Shown here: positions 27,054 to 37,034 of the stretch, piece by piece
How positions within the stretch are numbered: position 1 is the first letter of the stretch
Layout: each line of letters opens with the position of its first letter
Assembly (NCBI GenBank): GCA_964554315.1
Contig: CAZKOI010000001.1
Location: forward strand, 1-47,860
Length of the DNA stretch: 47,860 nt
Direction of reading: 5' to 3'
Source: an uncultured Enterobacterales bacterium
GTDB taxonomy: Bacteria > Myxococcota_A > UBA796
Translations under genes and position numbers: made by a program
Notes under the pieces: generated by a model
What the model was told of the DNA's origin: nothing
What the model saw: the letters and a program-made list of their open reading frames with translations, nothing else
Database searches by the model: none

Positions 27054-27712
27054 TCTTCCTCCAGCGGTCCAGGACCGATGAGGGTGTAGGTTCCATGGGC
27101 CACGTCTTCCGATGTGGTGGCGCGGATTACCGAGCCCTCGACGTCGATGCTCTGGCCGCCCTCCAGCCGCTCGACGAGCTCACCTTCAACGCTCACGTCG
27201 AGGGAGCCAGCGCTGCACCAGATGCGGTACAGGCGGGTTGCCGTTCCTCGAAAGATCGTCTGCCAGGGCTGATCTATCCCAGCAGCATGGTCCAGTCGGA
27301 TGGAGCCGAGACGTCCCGTCTTATCGTCGGTGCTCGGGCGCCATGGGCTTGACGCTGTGTGCGGCGGCGAAACCTTGACGTGTGTGAACATCGCCTCGGC
27401 CCGGATGCGCTCAAGCTCCTCAGGCAGGACCTCATCGGTGTCGGCGATGCGAAGCTCCGGGGTGTCGCCGGTCGTCCGGGGGGCGCCTGCATCACGCCCG
27501 CCGTCGACCACCTGCACCCCCACACTCTCGGGGACTGGAAAGCCCTCGCCGAGCACCTGTACGTCGAGTCCGATGCCCGTCTCCAGCGACTCTAGCGCCT
27601 GACGAACACCCTCTGCGAGCGCGTCCTTTGTGGCGTCATCGGAGACACCGCCGTCGTCGAGTGCATCGAGGACCTGGCGGATGACTTCTGACCATCGTTC
27701 GTCGTCGGACAT
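27050..27712 (-). CDS. Hypothetical acidic protein (possible small beta-barrel/cupin-like C-terminal domain)
   Basis: A 220-aa ORF with genome-typical codon bias. Its stop overlaps the xthA start, and it lies 20 nt downstream of the MATE gene. No motif recognised. Confidence 0.5.
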   Translation of the reverse strand: MSDDERWSEVIRQVLDALDDGGVSDDATKDALAEGVRQALESLETGIGLDVQVLGEGFPVPESVGVQVVDGGRDAGAPRTTGDTPELRIADTDEVLPEELERIRAEAMFTHVKVSPPHTASSPWRPSTDDKTGRLGSIRLDHAAGIDQPWQTIFRGTATRLYRIWCSAGSLDVSVEGELVERLEGGQSIDVEGSVIRATTSEDVAHGTYTLIGPGPLEEE

Positions 27713-27732
27713 GAACTCCCTCTCTGGCGCCC

Positions 27733-29085
27733 CTATATCTCTCGGTCCAGCGCCGCGCCCCTAAGCCATGACGCGCCTCGAAGACGCCAGGCGAGGACCA
27801 TGGCCAAGAGGGTCAGCTCGACCGTGAACCCCGCCCAGGCCCCCCTGGCCCCCCACTGCAGGATGAAGACGCCGAAGTAGGCTGCCGGGACTTTGATCAT
27901 CCATGCCCCCATGAGCGAAACCACCATCACCCAGCGGGTGTCTCCCGCGCCGTTGAGGCCTCCCGAGATGGCCATGACTACGGCATCGAAGATCTGGAAG
28001 GCCGCGGCCAGCATGAGCAGGCTGGAGGCGACATTGGCCACCGCAGGCTCCGCGCCAAAGGGCGCGATGAGCAACTCTGGAAGGAGCATAAAGACCACGC
28101 CCCAAGTGGCCATGATGCCGACGGCGAGCTTTATCGCCGAGTGAACGACGGGCCGTGCGAGGTGAGCGCGCTTGGCCCCCACGAATTGACCGACCAACAC
28201 CCCCGCCGCCTCTCCAACCGCGTGGCCAGGCAAGAAGCTGAGCGAGCAGATGCGGACCACAATCACGTGAGCGGCGAGCTCAATGGCGCCGACGTGGGTG
28301 ATCATGGAAGAAAAGATCACAAAGCTGCCCATGTCGAGCGTGTAGCGAACACCGATGGGCACCCCCATCCTCAGCGTCTCCTTCAAGAGTCGGCGATCGG
28401 TGCCCGAGGGTATGTCACGAAGCAGGGGTCTGGCGCGATGCATCAGGTAGACCACCTGAACGCTCAATGCGATCACGGTCGAGAGAGCTGCGCCGGCCAC
28501 GCCGAGCTGAGGAAAGGGGCCGAGTCCGAAGATCAGTACCGGGTCCAGCACCATATTGAGCGCATTGGAGACCAGCGTGGCCTTCATCGGCGTCACGGTG
28601 TCGCCTCGTCCTTGAAAGTAGGCCGCAATGCCGATGTTCATCAGCACCATCGGTGCACCCAAGATGCGGATGCTGAAGAAGCTGTCCGCGTGCACCGCGA
28701 CGTCGGCCTCCGCTCCGAGCCATCCGAAGACCTCGGCTGGGGCGAGGCTGAGCAAGCTCATGAGAACCCCGAGCGGCAGCGCGAGCGTGAGTACCTGCCA
28801 GCCCACGCGTCCAGCCGTCTGAGCATCGTTAGCGCCAGTGGCCTGAGAGACCAAGACCCGAACGCCCCCCATCAGGCCGGCCCCGAAGCTCTGGGTAAAG
28901 AAGACCACGATTCCGGCTAGACCGACGGCTGCGAGGGGAGCGGTGCCGAGGCGTGACACGAAGAGCGTGTCCACCACGCTCATCGCGGTGTAGGAGAGCA
29001 TGGAGACCATCACAGGCCAGGCGAGATTGAACACCGCGCGTACGGATGTCTCGCGGTGCTCTCGCGTCGTTTGGTCGGCCGTCAT
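27733..29085 (-). CDS. MATE family efflux transporter
   Basis: 450 aa, ~12 TM helices, internal two-fold repeat, N-terminal block typical of NorM/DinF-like MATE proteins (AWPVMVSMLSYTAMSVVDTLFV). Confidence 0.85.
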   Translation of the reverse strand: MTADQTTREHRETSVRAVFNLAWPVMVSMLSYTAMSVVDTLFVSRLGTAPLAAVGLAGIVVFFTQSFGAGLMGGVRVLVSQATGANDAQTAGRVGWQVLTLALPLGVLMSLLSLAPAEVFGWLGAEADVAVHADSFFSIRILGAPMVLMNIGIAAYFQGRGDTVTPMKATLVSNALNMVLDPVLIFGLGPFPQLGVAGAALSTVIALSVQVVYLMHRARPLLRDIPSGTDRRLLKETLRMGVPIGVRYTLDMGSFVIFSSMITHVGAIELAAHVIVVRICSLSFLPGHAVGEAAGVLVGQFVGAKRAHLARPVVHSAIKLAVGIMATWGVVFMLLPELLIAPFGAEPAVANVASSLLMLAAAFQIFDAVVMAISGGLNGAGDTRWVMVVSLMGAWMIKVPAAYFGVFILQWGARGAWAGFTVELTLLAMVLAWRLRGASWLRGAALDREI

Positions 29086-29126
29086 TGGATCCCTTCTCTG
29101 GCAACGGCCAGCGGTGGGAGCGCTGC

Positions 29127-29960
29127 TCAGTCGGTCAGAGCGTGCTCAAACTGTCGGGCCGCCAAGTATTCGTCCAGATCTCTCGCGCCCTCTTCCTCCT
29201 GGCCGAGCTCGATTCGGAGGAGTCCGCGATCCCTTCGGGCCTCGATGGCCTCTGGGTGCAGGACCAGCAGGCGCTCCACACAACGCAGGGCTCCGCTCAA
29301 GTCGCCTCGTCGCATGTAGGAGGAGCGGAGGTTGTTGTTGATGCGAACCAGGAAGTCCCGCGAACTGACGGGCTTGAGCCACCAACTCAGGGGAGGCATC
29401 CGGTTACCGGCTCGCTCGGAGATACGCTCGAACCACGGCTCCAGCTGGTCCAGTCGGAGTACTCGACCACCGAAGTAGGGGTCGATGTAGAAGCGGGGGA
29501 GTGATTCGGCGGGAGAGACGAGAAAGTGGGTCGGGAATCCCACGCCGTGGAGACGCAGCCCGACCGCATCGGCGACGACGATGGCCACCAGGCTGAGCGT
29601 GATGGGAAGACCCGTTCGATCACGAAGCACGGCATCGAGCAGCGAGTTGTCGGGGCTGTAGTAGTCCGTCTCGTTGCCCGAGAAGCCCAGCGTGACGAAG
29701 AGGTGGTGATTCAGTCTCGCTGTGGCCTCGATGACCGGCGTGCCCTCCGGGATGTAGAGTCCCTCGCTCAAGGCGCCGAGCGCTGTCATCGTGTCGTCGA
29801 TGGAGGTGGCGGCTCTTTCTTCGGCGGCGATCCAGGCGGCGGCCTCAGCGAGCGGAAGGTCGTCCCCGTGCGTGCTCAGGAGCGAGACGAACTCTGCGCG
29901 AGCGAGCTCGCGCGGGCTGGGCTGAACGTCGAAGGTGGTGGGGGGTGTCGGCATGACCAA
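29127..29960 (-). CDS. SirB1/YchA-family protein (transglutaminase-like N-domain plus TPR-like C-domain)
   Basis: DYYSPDNSLLDAVLRDRTGLPITLSLV and GFPTHFLV blocks, with a C-terminal TPR-like helical repeat. Confidence 0.7.
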   Translation of the reverse strand: MVMPTPPTTFDVQPSPRELARAEFVSLLSTHGDDLPLAEAAAWIAAEERAATSIDDTMTALGALSEGLYIPEGTPVIEATARLNHHLFVTLGFSGNETDYYSPDNSLLDAVLRDRTGLPITLSLVAIVVADAVGLRLHGVGFPTHFLVSPAESLPRFYIDPYFGGRVLRLDQLEPWFERISERAGNRMPPLSWWLKPVSSRDFLVRINNNLRSSYMRRGDLSGALRCVERLLVLHPEAIEARRDRGLLRIELGQEEEGARDLDEYLAARQFEHALTD

Positions 29961-30019
29961 TCTCAGCTATGGCTTAGCCGAGCAAGCCTGAATGCGCACG
30001 TCAGGTTGAGGAGAGCGCG

Positions 30020-31696
30020 ATGACATGGACACCCTACTCCGGCGAGGCCTATCTCGACTTTCAACAGACGGAGGCTTGGTGTCGGGCGCTTGCTGCGGCT
30101 CACCCCGATTGGATCACGATTGAAGAGATCGGTCGGAGCCGGCAGGGACGGCCTATCCTCTTGCTTACCGTAGGCGACCAGCGGGAAGAACCGAGTGCTC
30201 GGCCAGCACTCTGGCTCGATGGTGGGACTCATGCCGCAGAGTGGACTGGGGTCATGGCGGTCCTCCATACGCTGTCGCGCTGGGCGACCAAGCTCGCCGC
30301 AGGCGACCCAGAGACGACACAGCGCTTCATGGGCACGACCGCTTATGTCGTGCCGTGTATCAGTCCGGATGGTTTTCAAGCCATGTGTGACGGCTCTTCC
30401 TTTCTGCGGTCTTCGTTACGGCCGCCCATCGAGGGCGATCACCACGTCGGTCTCCGACCCGCAGACATCACCGGGGATGGCGCCATTCGATGGATGAGGT
30501 GGCGGCATGAGGCAGGTCCATGGGTGTGTGACCCCGAAGAGCCAATGGGGATGCGGCACCGCCGGCTCAGCGATTCGCCTGACGAGGCGTTTTTCTTCTG
30601 CACGGAGGGGACCTTCATCCACTGGGACGGTGTGGAGTGGAAGGATGCACCGCGGGAGTTTGGGCTCGACCTCAATCGGAATTTTCCGGGCAACTGGGCC
30701 CCCTTCAGGATGTTTGGGATGGACGGCGGGCTCTATCCGCTGAGCGAGCCAGAGAGTCGCGCGGTGGTCGATGCCGTCGCCGCCCGATCAAACATCGCGG
30801 TCGCCCTCACGAACCACACTTACACCGGCTGCATTCTCACGCAGCCTTACCGTGACCCGAGCCCCATGGGGCAGGCTGACATCGATCTCTTCGAGCGACT
30901 CGCCGAGGGCGCTGTCGATGGGACGGGGTATCGGGTGATCAAGACCCACCCCGATTTCGTCTACAACCCGAAGGTCGACATCGTCGGTGTGTGGTCGGAC
31001 ACCCTCTCGACGACCTTCGGGATCCCTGGGTATACCCTTGAGCTCTGGAATCCCTATGGCTTCGCGGGCGTCGAGATAGAGAAGCCAGCCGAGTTCTTCC
31101 GAAAGCCGTCACCCGCGCACATCCGCCAGCTCCTTCAGGCCTTCACAGCCGACCCCGCTGCGGTGTCTGAATGGACCTCGGTGGAGCACCCGCAGCTAGG
31201 GGCGGTTGAAGTGGGCGGCATTGACTACATGCGCACCATCCGCAATCCGCCGGAGGCGCTCCTTCCGGCGGAAGTCGGGCGCGGGGCCACCGTCGCCGAT
31301 CGAATGCTGGCGGCGACGCCGCGGCTGAGAGTCACCCTCCATGTCGTCCGACGTGAGGCCCTCGTGACAGTCGAGGCTGTCGTTGAGAACTTGGGGTTTC
31401 TGCCCACCGCCGCGTCGGCCCATGCAGAGAAGCTGCAGCTCGTCCCGCCCATTCGCCTCGAGCTCGCAGCGCCGGACTCGGTCACCGTTCTCGACGGCGA
31501 GCTGATTCAGACCCTGGCGAACCTTGAGGGCTGGGGAAGCCTGCAGGTGGGTGCGGCTCGCCATGCCGTCTACCCCGGACTTGGCGCGACCTCTGTTCGA
31601 GCGCGAGTGCGCTGGATCGTCCAGGGTTCGGGACCCGTCGAGGTCTCCTGGCATGCCCCGCGAGCAGGTAGCGGTGCCGCGTCGATCGAGGTTTAG
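30020..31696 (+). CDS. M14-family zinc metallocarboxypeptidase
   Basis: HxxE zinc motif in WLDGGTHAAEWTG, a downstream NRNF block (DLNRNFPGNW) and TNHTY. It has a long C-terminal extension. Confidence 0.8.
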   Translation: MTWTPYSGEAYLDFQQTEAWCRALAAAHPDWITIEEIGRSRQGRPILLLTVGDQREEPSARPALWLDGGTHAAEWTGVMAVLHTLSRWATKLAAGDPETTQRFMGTTAYVVPCISPDGFQAMCDGSSFLRSSLRPPIEGDHHVGLRPADITGDGAIRWMRWRHEAGPWVCDPEEPMGMRHRRLSDSPDEAFFFCTEGTFIHWDGVEWKDAPREFGLDLNRNFPGNWAPFRMFGMDGGLYPLSEPESRAVVDAVAARSNIAVALTNHTYTGCILTQPYRDPSPMGQADIDLFERLAEGAVDGTGYRVIKTHPDFVYNPKVDIVGVWSDTLSTTFGIPGYTLELWNPYGFAGVEIEKPAEFFRKPSPAHIRQLLQAFTADPAAVSEWTSVEHPQLGAVEVGGIDYMRTIRNPPEALLPAEVGRGATVADRMLAATPRLRVTLHVVRREALVTVEAVVENLGFLPTAASAHAEKLQLVPPIRLELAAPDSVTVLDGELIQTLANLEGWGSLQVGAARHAVYPGLGATSVRARVRWIVQGSGPVEVSWHAPRAGSGAASIEV

Positions 31697-32553
31697 TTGA
31701 CCTGATCAGGGGTCTTCGCGACGATCATCTGCTCGAGGCGCTCGGCGGACACCAGGTAGGGAACATTGCAGAAGTGGCAGATGACCTCCGCTTGCCCATC
31801 CTCGTGGAGCATTGCCGTGAGCTCCTCAACCGGAAGGCTCAGGAGGACAGCCTCGACACGCTCTTGGCCGCAGGAACAACGCCATATCACATCGGTTTGT
31901 TCGAGAATTTCGAGCTTTACACCTTGTATTTCTCGCTCATCGAGGGCGCGTGCTAGCGCCTCTGCCGACATCTCCCGAACAGGGTCGAAGGTCACGACGA
32001 ACTCCGCACTTGCCTCCAGCTCGTTGACCGTTGTTGCGGGCAGTCGTTCGATGAGGATGCCCACGGCCCGCGCGATCGCGCCATCGGCCCCGACGCTGAC
32101 TTGAATGTTGAGCACGTTGTCGACCTGCGCGGATGCTCCCATGTGTCGATTGAGCGCAGCAACGATGGACTCCCGATCGATGGGAGTGACGCCGCGGTAG
32201 AGCTCTCGCCCGGGGAGCGACTTTATCGCCAGCATCATGCCGTCCAGACCGGTTTCCTCGGACAAAAAGACGGCGTCGGGCGTGAAACGAGCACGGATTC
32301 CTCCGCTGCTGTCGACATCGGCGATGAAGGCGCACTGTGGGCGGCTGCACTGCATCTGCAGGGTCAGCCGCTCCTCGCCCTTGATCTGCCCAGCCATCAC
32401 TACGGCCGCCACGACGGCCTCGCCGGCAAGGCCTACCGCATCCTTGCGGAGCTTATGAAGTTGACGGGTCTGCTCCGCCACATCAGTGACATCGATGGCG
32501 AACACTCGTGCCATTCCGTCGCCCAATACGCCACGAATCAATTGGTCGGCCAT
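31693..32553 (-). CDS. hslO: Redox-regulated chaperone Hsp33
   Basis: C-terminal zinc centre CSCG...CHFC and an Hsp33-like N-domain; 286 aa. Confidence 0.88.
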   Translation of the reverse strand: MADQLIRGVLGDGMARVFAIDVTDVAEQTRQLHKLRKDAVGLAGEAVVAAVVMAGQIKGEERLTLQMQCSRPQCAFIADVDSSGGIRARFTPDAVFLSEETGLDGMMLAIKSLPGRELYRGVTPIDRESIVAALNRHMGASAQVDNVLNIQVSVGADGAIARAVGILIERLPATTVNELEASAEFVVTFDPVREMSAEALARALDEREIQGVKLEILEQTDVIWRCSCGQERVEAVLLSLPVEELTAMLHEDGQAEVICHFCNVPYLVSAERLEQMIVAKTPDQVN

Positions 32554-32676
32554 CGCGCTTCTCCTGAGGCGGCGCCACTATCTCTCTTGGGACCTCTTGA
32601 CATCCCGCACCCCAAAGTCGGGCCATAACCGGATACCCTTGCCGTTCAGCCTCTCTTCCCTCACACCGGCGGAACC

Positions 32677-33678
32677 ATGTCACTGTCCCCTAAGCTCCGC
32701 GCTGTCCTCCTGGGGCTCGGTGTGTTGGTGGGCATCGAGGCTCTGGCTCGGATGACCGTTGAGGAGGACACCCTTCTGTTCGCTTTTGAGAAGCCCGACG
32801 GCTTGATCGGCGTGCTGGGTAGCAAGGTCTTCGTCCGAGAGTCACAGACCCATAGGGGTCAGGACGGGCCGTACGCTTACACCATCCGGACCAATGCGCT
32901 CGGTCTCCGTGCCGATGCGGAGGTAGAGAGGGCGATGCCCGAAGGAGAGGAGCGCTACCTCGCTCTGGGTGACAGCTGGATTTTTGGGACGTCTCTGGAC
33001 CAGTCTGCCACCGTGCCGGAGCGGCTCGCTGCGGCGCTGAGTCAGGCCAAGGGGCTTTCGGTAGCGGTGGTCAACGGCGGTATCCCGGGTGGATCAGCGT
33101 TTGAGGCGCTCGCCCGCTGGCGCGAGCTTTCGGATGGATATGAGTGGACGGGATTGGTGCTGGGCATACCACACAATGTTGGGCGCCAGACCAGCCTGGC
33201 CGCAGAGCGCGGCACCGTCTTTCACCCTACTCAGGGGGCGCCTTACATCAATAGCCGACTCTACCTGCTGCTTCGATCCTGGATCGCGCCATACACCCGG
33301 CCTCGGTACGCCCCCGCGACGCCACCGGACGATGGTGGGCTGCGGGAAGACATTCGCTTCATTGTGTCGGATGCGCGCTCGAGAGGGCTCTCTGTGGTCG
33401 TCATTCAAGACCCGGGTCGGATGGAAGATGCTGTGGGCCGTGTTCGCCAAGTCGACCAGCGGTGGCGGGAGGAGCTGATGCCCCTCGGGGCTGTCTTTGC
33501 AGGCCATGCTTTGAACACCCGAGACTGCTGGGGTCATCTCGACCTCGGGCATCCAGGGGTGTTGGGGGCACAGGCCATCGCCGCTGTCGTCGCTGAGGCG
33601 ATGATGTCCGGAAACACTAGGGACGGCCTCTCCGCGGAGCCGCCCTGCTCGAGCTTTACCGGCGAGGCCCCTCGGTGA
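32677..33678 (+). CDS. Membrane-anchored SGNH/GDSL-family hydrolase
   Basis: N-terminal TM helix, block I LALGDSWIFG and GGIPGG (block II-like). Confidence 0.7.
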   Translation: MSLSPKLRAVLLGLGVLVGIEALARMTVEEDTLLFAFEKPDGLIGVLGSKVFVRESQTHRGQDGPYAYTIRTNALGLRADAEVERAMPEGEERYLALGDSWIFGTSLDQSATVPERLAAALSQAKGLSVAVVNGGIPGGSAFEALARWRELSDGYEWTGLVLGIPHNVGRQTSLAAERGTVFHPTQGAPYINSRLYLLLRSWIAPYTRPRYAPATPPDDGGLREDIRFIVSDARSRGLSVVVIQDPGRMEDAVGRVRQVDQRWREELMPLGAVFAGHALNTRDCWGHLDLGHPGVLGAQAIAAVVAEAMMSGNTRDGLSAEPPCSSFTGEAPR

Positions 33679-35510
33679 GAGAGCGCCTCGTTGGCGTGAC
33701 GATGGCATGGGGACCTCCCGTCCTTGTGATGGGCGTGATCCTCTTGCAGCAGCTGGCCTGGCTCAACCTACACACGGCGATCGACACTTGGGACGATGAC
33801 GCAGGACTCTTCAAGCTGGCCCTGTGCTACGCCGGAATGGATGCCAGCGGTGACATCGGCTGCGCAGCAGGAGCACCCTACCCTCCGCTGGTGCCCTGGC
33901 TTGCCGCGCAACGCTTTCTGAGTGCCGGCTCCGCGAGTCTGCACCTGGCCCTGACCAGTCAGTGGCCCTTCCTGTTGGTCCTTTGCGGCTCGCTATACAT
34001 GGGCATGCGGCGAGTGGCCTCACCCATGGCGGGTCTAGCGGCAATGGCGCTGGGGCCGGTTGTGGTCTGGTCACTGCACATCCGGGGAAAGGTCTACACG
34101 GAGGTGCCGCTCGCGGCGCTGGTGGTGGCCGCAGTTGTGGCCTTGTCGCTCTCCGAGGGCTTTCGGCGACGGGTACCGTCCGCGCTTCTCGGCCTGATCC
34201 TTGGTCTTGGCCTCCTCACCAAGTGGTCCTTTGCATTCTTTCTTGGTCCACCGGTTTTGATCGCGGTCGTTTACGCCGTCTACCGGTCCGTAGAGCCGCG
34301 TCTGATGCGCTTGGGTGCGGCAGGCGTGGCCGCTGCGGTGCCGCTCTTGGTGGTGGCCGGTGCCGCGTCTTGGGTTCCTTATGGTCTCACCATGGGGTTC
34401 TGGTCGGCTCTAGGGCTGGTTGCGGGGCTCGCATGGTGCGCTTGGCGCCGTCCTGCGCTCGTCTCGGCCTCCACGCTCGGGAACGTCGGGCTCTGTACGG
34501 TCCTCGTGGTGGCCGTGTCGGGGCCATGGTACTGGTCACACCTCGCGAGCATGCAAGAGTTTTTGGCCGCTAACGTCGCGCAGGAGTACCACGGCGACCC
34601 CATCACCGGGATTGCTGCATGGCCCTTCTACCCCGCCGTGTTGACGACGCGGGTGATGTCCACGCCGCTCCTGGGGCTCGCGCTGATGGGCGCCGCGTTG
34701 GCGGTCAGGCCGCGAGCACCCGCTCTGGTGCGCTGGTCCTTGTGTGCCCTTCTTTGTGGGACCAGCATCCTCGGCTTTTTGCCTTATCGATCGGGTCGGT
34801 ACGTCATCGCGGGTGTGGGCTTACTGGCGATACTCGCGCTTTGGCCTGTCGTCATACGCCCTCACATTGCTCGGTGGGCGGGGCCCGTCGCGTTGTTCGT
34901 GGGGCTCGCACACCAGCTGAGCTGGATTCCGCTTGCAGCAGGGGGCGGCTCGCTGCCTCACCATTGGTCCCTGCTGACGCTGCCCGAGCCCGACCTCATG
35001 GGAAACACCAAGCACGGGGTGTACACGGCGTACCGAGACCTGCTCGAGCCAAGGTGGAGATTTCTGCCTGTTGCGAGCCCCCCTGTGAACCGCCAGACTG
35101 AGGCGGCTTGGGTCGCAAAGCAGGTGGCCCGGCTCTCGAGAGAGCAGCCTACCTTGACGGTGGTCACAGGAGGAGGTGGCTTGAATCTCAACGCGGCCTC
35201 GAGTCACCTCGCGGGCTTAAGGCCACCGGCGACGACCAAGGTCATGAGCGGGCAAGGTGAAGTCAACGGTGAGGCGCTAAAAGCGTGGAGGCAGCGGGCA
35301 CGGCGGCCTCGAGACCAGCCGGCCACTGCTCACGGGCGCCCCGTACCGAGGCGACTGCTCATCGCCCTCGCGAGGCCGTTCAGTCAGGCCCTGGACGAAC
35401 GTCAAGTGGCCACGCTTCGGTCGGCAGGGTTGGGGCCCCTTGCGCACACGGGCAGAGGCGAAGGCTTCGAGCCCTTGGCCATCAGCATCTGGGGTGAGGG
35501 GGCGCCGTGA
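33675..35510 (+). CDS. Polytopic GT-C-fold glycosyltransferase-like membrane protein (ArnT/PMT-like)
   Basis: At least 10 predicted TM helices. An acidic first-loop motif (IDTWDDDAG) resembles the GT-C catalytic loop. It has a soluble C-terminal domain and overlaps both neighbours by 4 nt. Confidence 0.6.
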   Translation: MRERLVGVTMAWGPPVLVMGVILLQQLAWLNLHTAIDTWDDDAGLFKLALCYAGMDASGDIGCAAGAPYPPLVPWLAAQRFLSAGSASLHLALTSQWPFLLVLCGSLYMGMRRVASPMAGLAAMALGPVVVWSLHIRGKVYTEVPLAALVVAAVVALSLSEGFRRRVPSALLGLILGLGLLTKWSFAFFLGPPVLIAVVYAVYRSVEPRLMRLGAAGVAAAVPLLVVAGAASWVPYGLTMGFWSALGLVAGLAWCAWRRPALVSASTLGNVGLCTVLVVAVSGPWYWSHLASMQEFLAANVAQEYHGDPITGIAAWPFYPAVLTTRVMSTPLLGLALMGAALAVRPRAPALVRWSLCALLCGTSILGFLPYRSGRYVIAGVGLLAILALWPVVIRPHIARWAGPVALFVGLAHQLSWIPLAAGGGSLPHHWSLLTLPEPDLMGNTKHGVYTAYRDLLEPRWRFLPVASPPVNRQTEAAWVAKQVARLSREQPTLTVVTGGGGLNLNAASSHLAGLRPPATTKVMSGQGEVNGEALKAWRQRARRPRDQPATAHGRPVPRRLLIALARPFSQALDERQVATLRSAGLGPLAHTGRGEGFEPLAISIWGEGAP

Positions 35511-36253
35511 AGGTCGTCGCGTTGCATGGTTTTACGGGCTCGGGCGCCGACTTTGCACCGCTGGCAGACCGGCTGAGTGTGCCCCTGTTGGCCCTCGATC
35601 TCATCGGACACGGGGAGGCGCCAGCCCCGAAAGACCCGGCGGCATACCGCATGTCCGCTCAGGTTGAATACTTGGCCGACCAGCTGGGCGATAATGACCT
35701 TGTCGTGCTGGGGTATTCGCTGGGAGGGAGGGTTGCCCTTCGGCTGTGGCCGCGCCTCGAGGCAAGGCTGCGAGGCATGATACTGATTAGCGCGAACCCC
35801 GGAATCATCGACCCCGTCGATCGAGCGGAGCGAATGGCGCAAGACCATGCACTAGCGGGCCAGATCGAGGAGGAGGGGATCGAGTGGTTCTGCCGCCACT
35901 GGTCGCAGCAGCCGCTCATAAAGACTCAAGCAGGGATCGCGGAGCCCATTCGGGCTCAGATGGAGCGTCGGCGCCTCCAGAACCGCGCGATCGGGCTTGC
36001 TCACACGCTCCGGAGTGCGGGTCAGGGGGCCGCGGACCCCGTCTGGGATCAGCTAGAGCATGTGGCCGTCCCGTGCTTGGTCATGACGGGTGCGCTGGAC
36101 CCCAAGTACTGTGACATCGGTGAACGAATGGCCCGACAGATGCCCCGGGGGTTTCACCAGACGGTCGAGCGCGTCGGTCACTGTGCCCACCTCGAGGACA
36201 TTGAGACATCCGCTGCAGCGATTGACCGGTTCGTGCGTGGCCTCAGCGAGTGA
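35507..36253 (+). CDS. Alpha/beta hydrolase, MenH (SHCHC synthase)-like
   Basis: ALHGFTGSGADF, DLIGHG and nucleophile elbow GYSLGGRVAL. No other men genes occur in the window, so the specific function is unassigned. Confidence 0.6.
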   Translation: MKVVALHGFTGSGADFAPLADRLSVPLLALDLIGHGEAPAPKDPAAYRMSAQVEYLADQLGDNDLVVLGYSLGGRVALRLWPRLEARLRGMILISANPGIIDPVDRAERMAQDHALAGQIEEEGIEWFCRHWSQQPLIKTQAGIAEPIRAQMERRRLQNRAIGLAHTLRSAGQGAADPVWDQLEHVAVPCLVMTGALDPKYCDIGERMARQMPRGFHQTVERVGHCAHLEDIETSAAAIDRFVRGLSE

Positions 36254-37007
36254 AGGTCCAAGTGGTCTCGGTGGAGGCCTCGGGGTCGAACGCGTAGCCT
36301 CCCGAGGTGAAGTCCTTGAGTGCCTCCGGATCATCAAGCCGGTGCTCGATGATGTGCCGTGCCATCATGCCGCGGGCCTTCTTCGCCAGGAAGCTAATCA
36401 TCTTCGGCTTGCCGTCCCGCACTTCCTTAAACGCAGGCGTGATGACCTGGCCCACGAGGCGCTGGGTCTGCACAGACTTGAAGTATTCGTTCGATGCCAG
36501 GTTGATCACTGTACGGTTGGCATGGTTCGCGAGGCGTTCGTTCAGCTCTACCGTGATCCGGTCACCCCAGAACTGGTACAGGTCGCGACCTCGTTGGGTC
36601 TTGAACTTCGTCCCCATCTCCAATCGATACGGCTGGATGAGATCGAGCGGTCGGAGAATGCCGTACAGTCCCGAGAGGATTGCGAGGTGATCTTGCGCCC
36701 AGTGGAGGTCCTCAGCCGAGAGCGATGAGGCCTCGAGTCCTGCGTAGGTGTCCCCGTCGAACATCAGCGCTGCAGGCTTCGCATTTTCGGGGGTGAAGGG
36801 CATGTCGAAGCTCTGAAAGCGTCCGTGGTTGAGAACGGCCAGGCTCTCGGAGATGCCCATCAGATCCTGGAGGTCCTTGGGTTTGAGTCGCTTCGCCTTT
36901 GCGACCAGCGTCGAGGTGTCATCCAGCAGCGCAGGCTGCGTAAGGTCGAGGCTTCGACTGAGGGTTTCGGTGTCGAGCTTCTTCGCGGGTGAGACTATGG
37001 CGAGCAT
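36243..37007 (-). CDS. yaaA: Peroxide stress protein YaaA (UPF0246/DUF328)
   Basis: N-terminus MLAIVSPAKKLD and LSGLYGILRPLD blocks characteristic of YaaA. Confidence 0.85.
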   Translation of the reverse strand: MLAIVSPAKKLDTETLSRSLDLTQPALLDDTSTLVAKAKRLKPKDLQDLMGISESLAVLNHGRFQSFDMPFTPENAKPAALMFDGDTYAGLEASSLSAEDLHWAQDHLAILSGLYGILRPLDLIQPYRLEMGTKFKTQRGRDLYQFWGDRITVELNERLANHANRTVINLASNEYFKSVQTQRLVGQVITPAFKEVRDGKPKMISFLAKKARGMMARHIIEHRLDDPEALKDFTSGGYAFDPEASTETTWTFTR

Positions 37008-37034
37008 GAAGACCTCCAGTGCGGGGTTAACCGC

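Noticed and set aside
32597-32629. Sigma-70-like promoter: TTGACA at 32597-32602 with CATAAC at 32624-32629, upstream of the SGNH gene
   Set aside because: The spacer is ~21 nt, too long for a canonical -35/-10 pair, and the -10 is weak. A perfect TTGACA alone is not sufficient.
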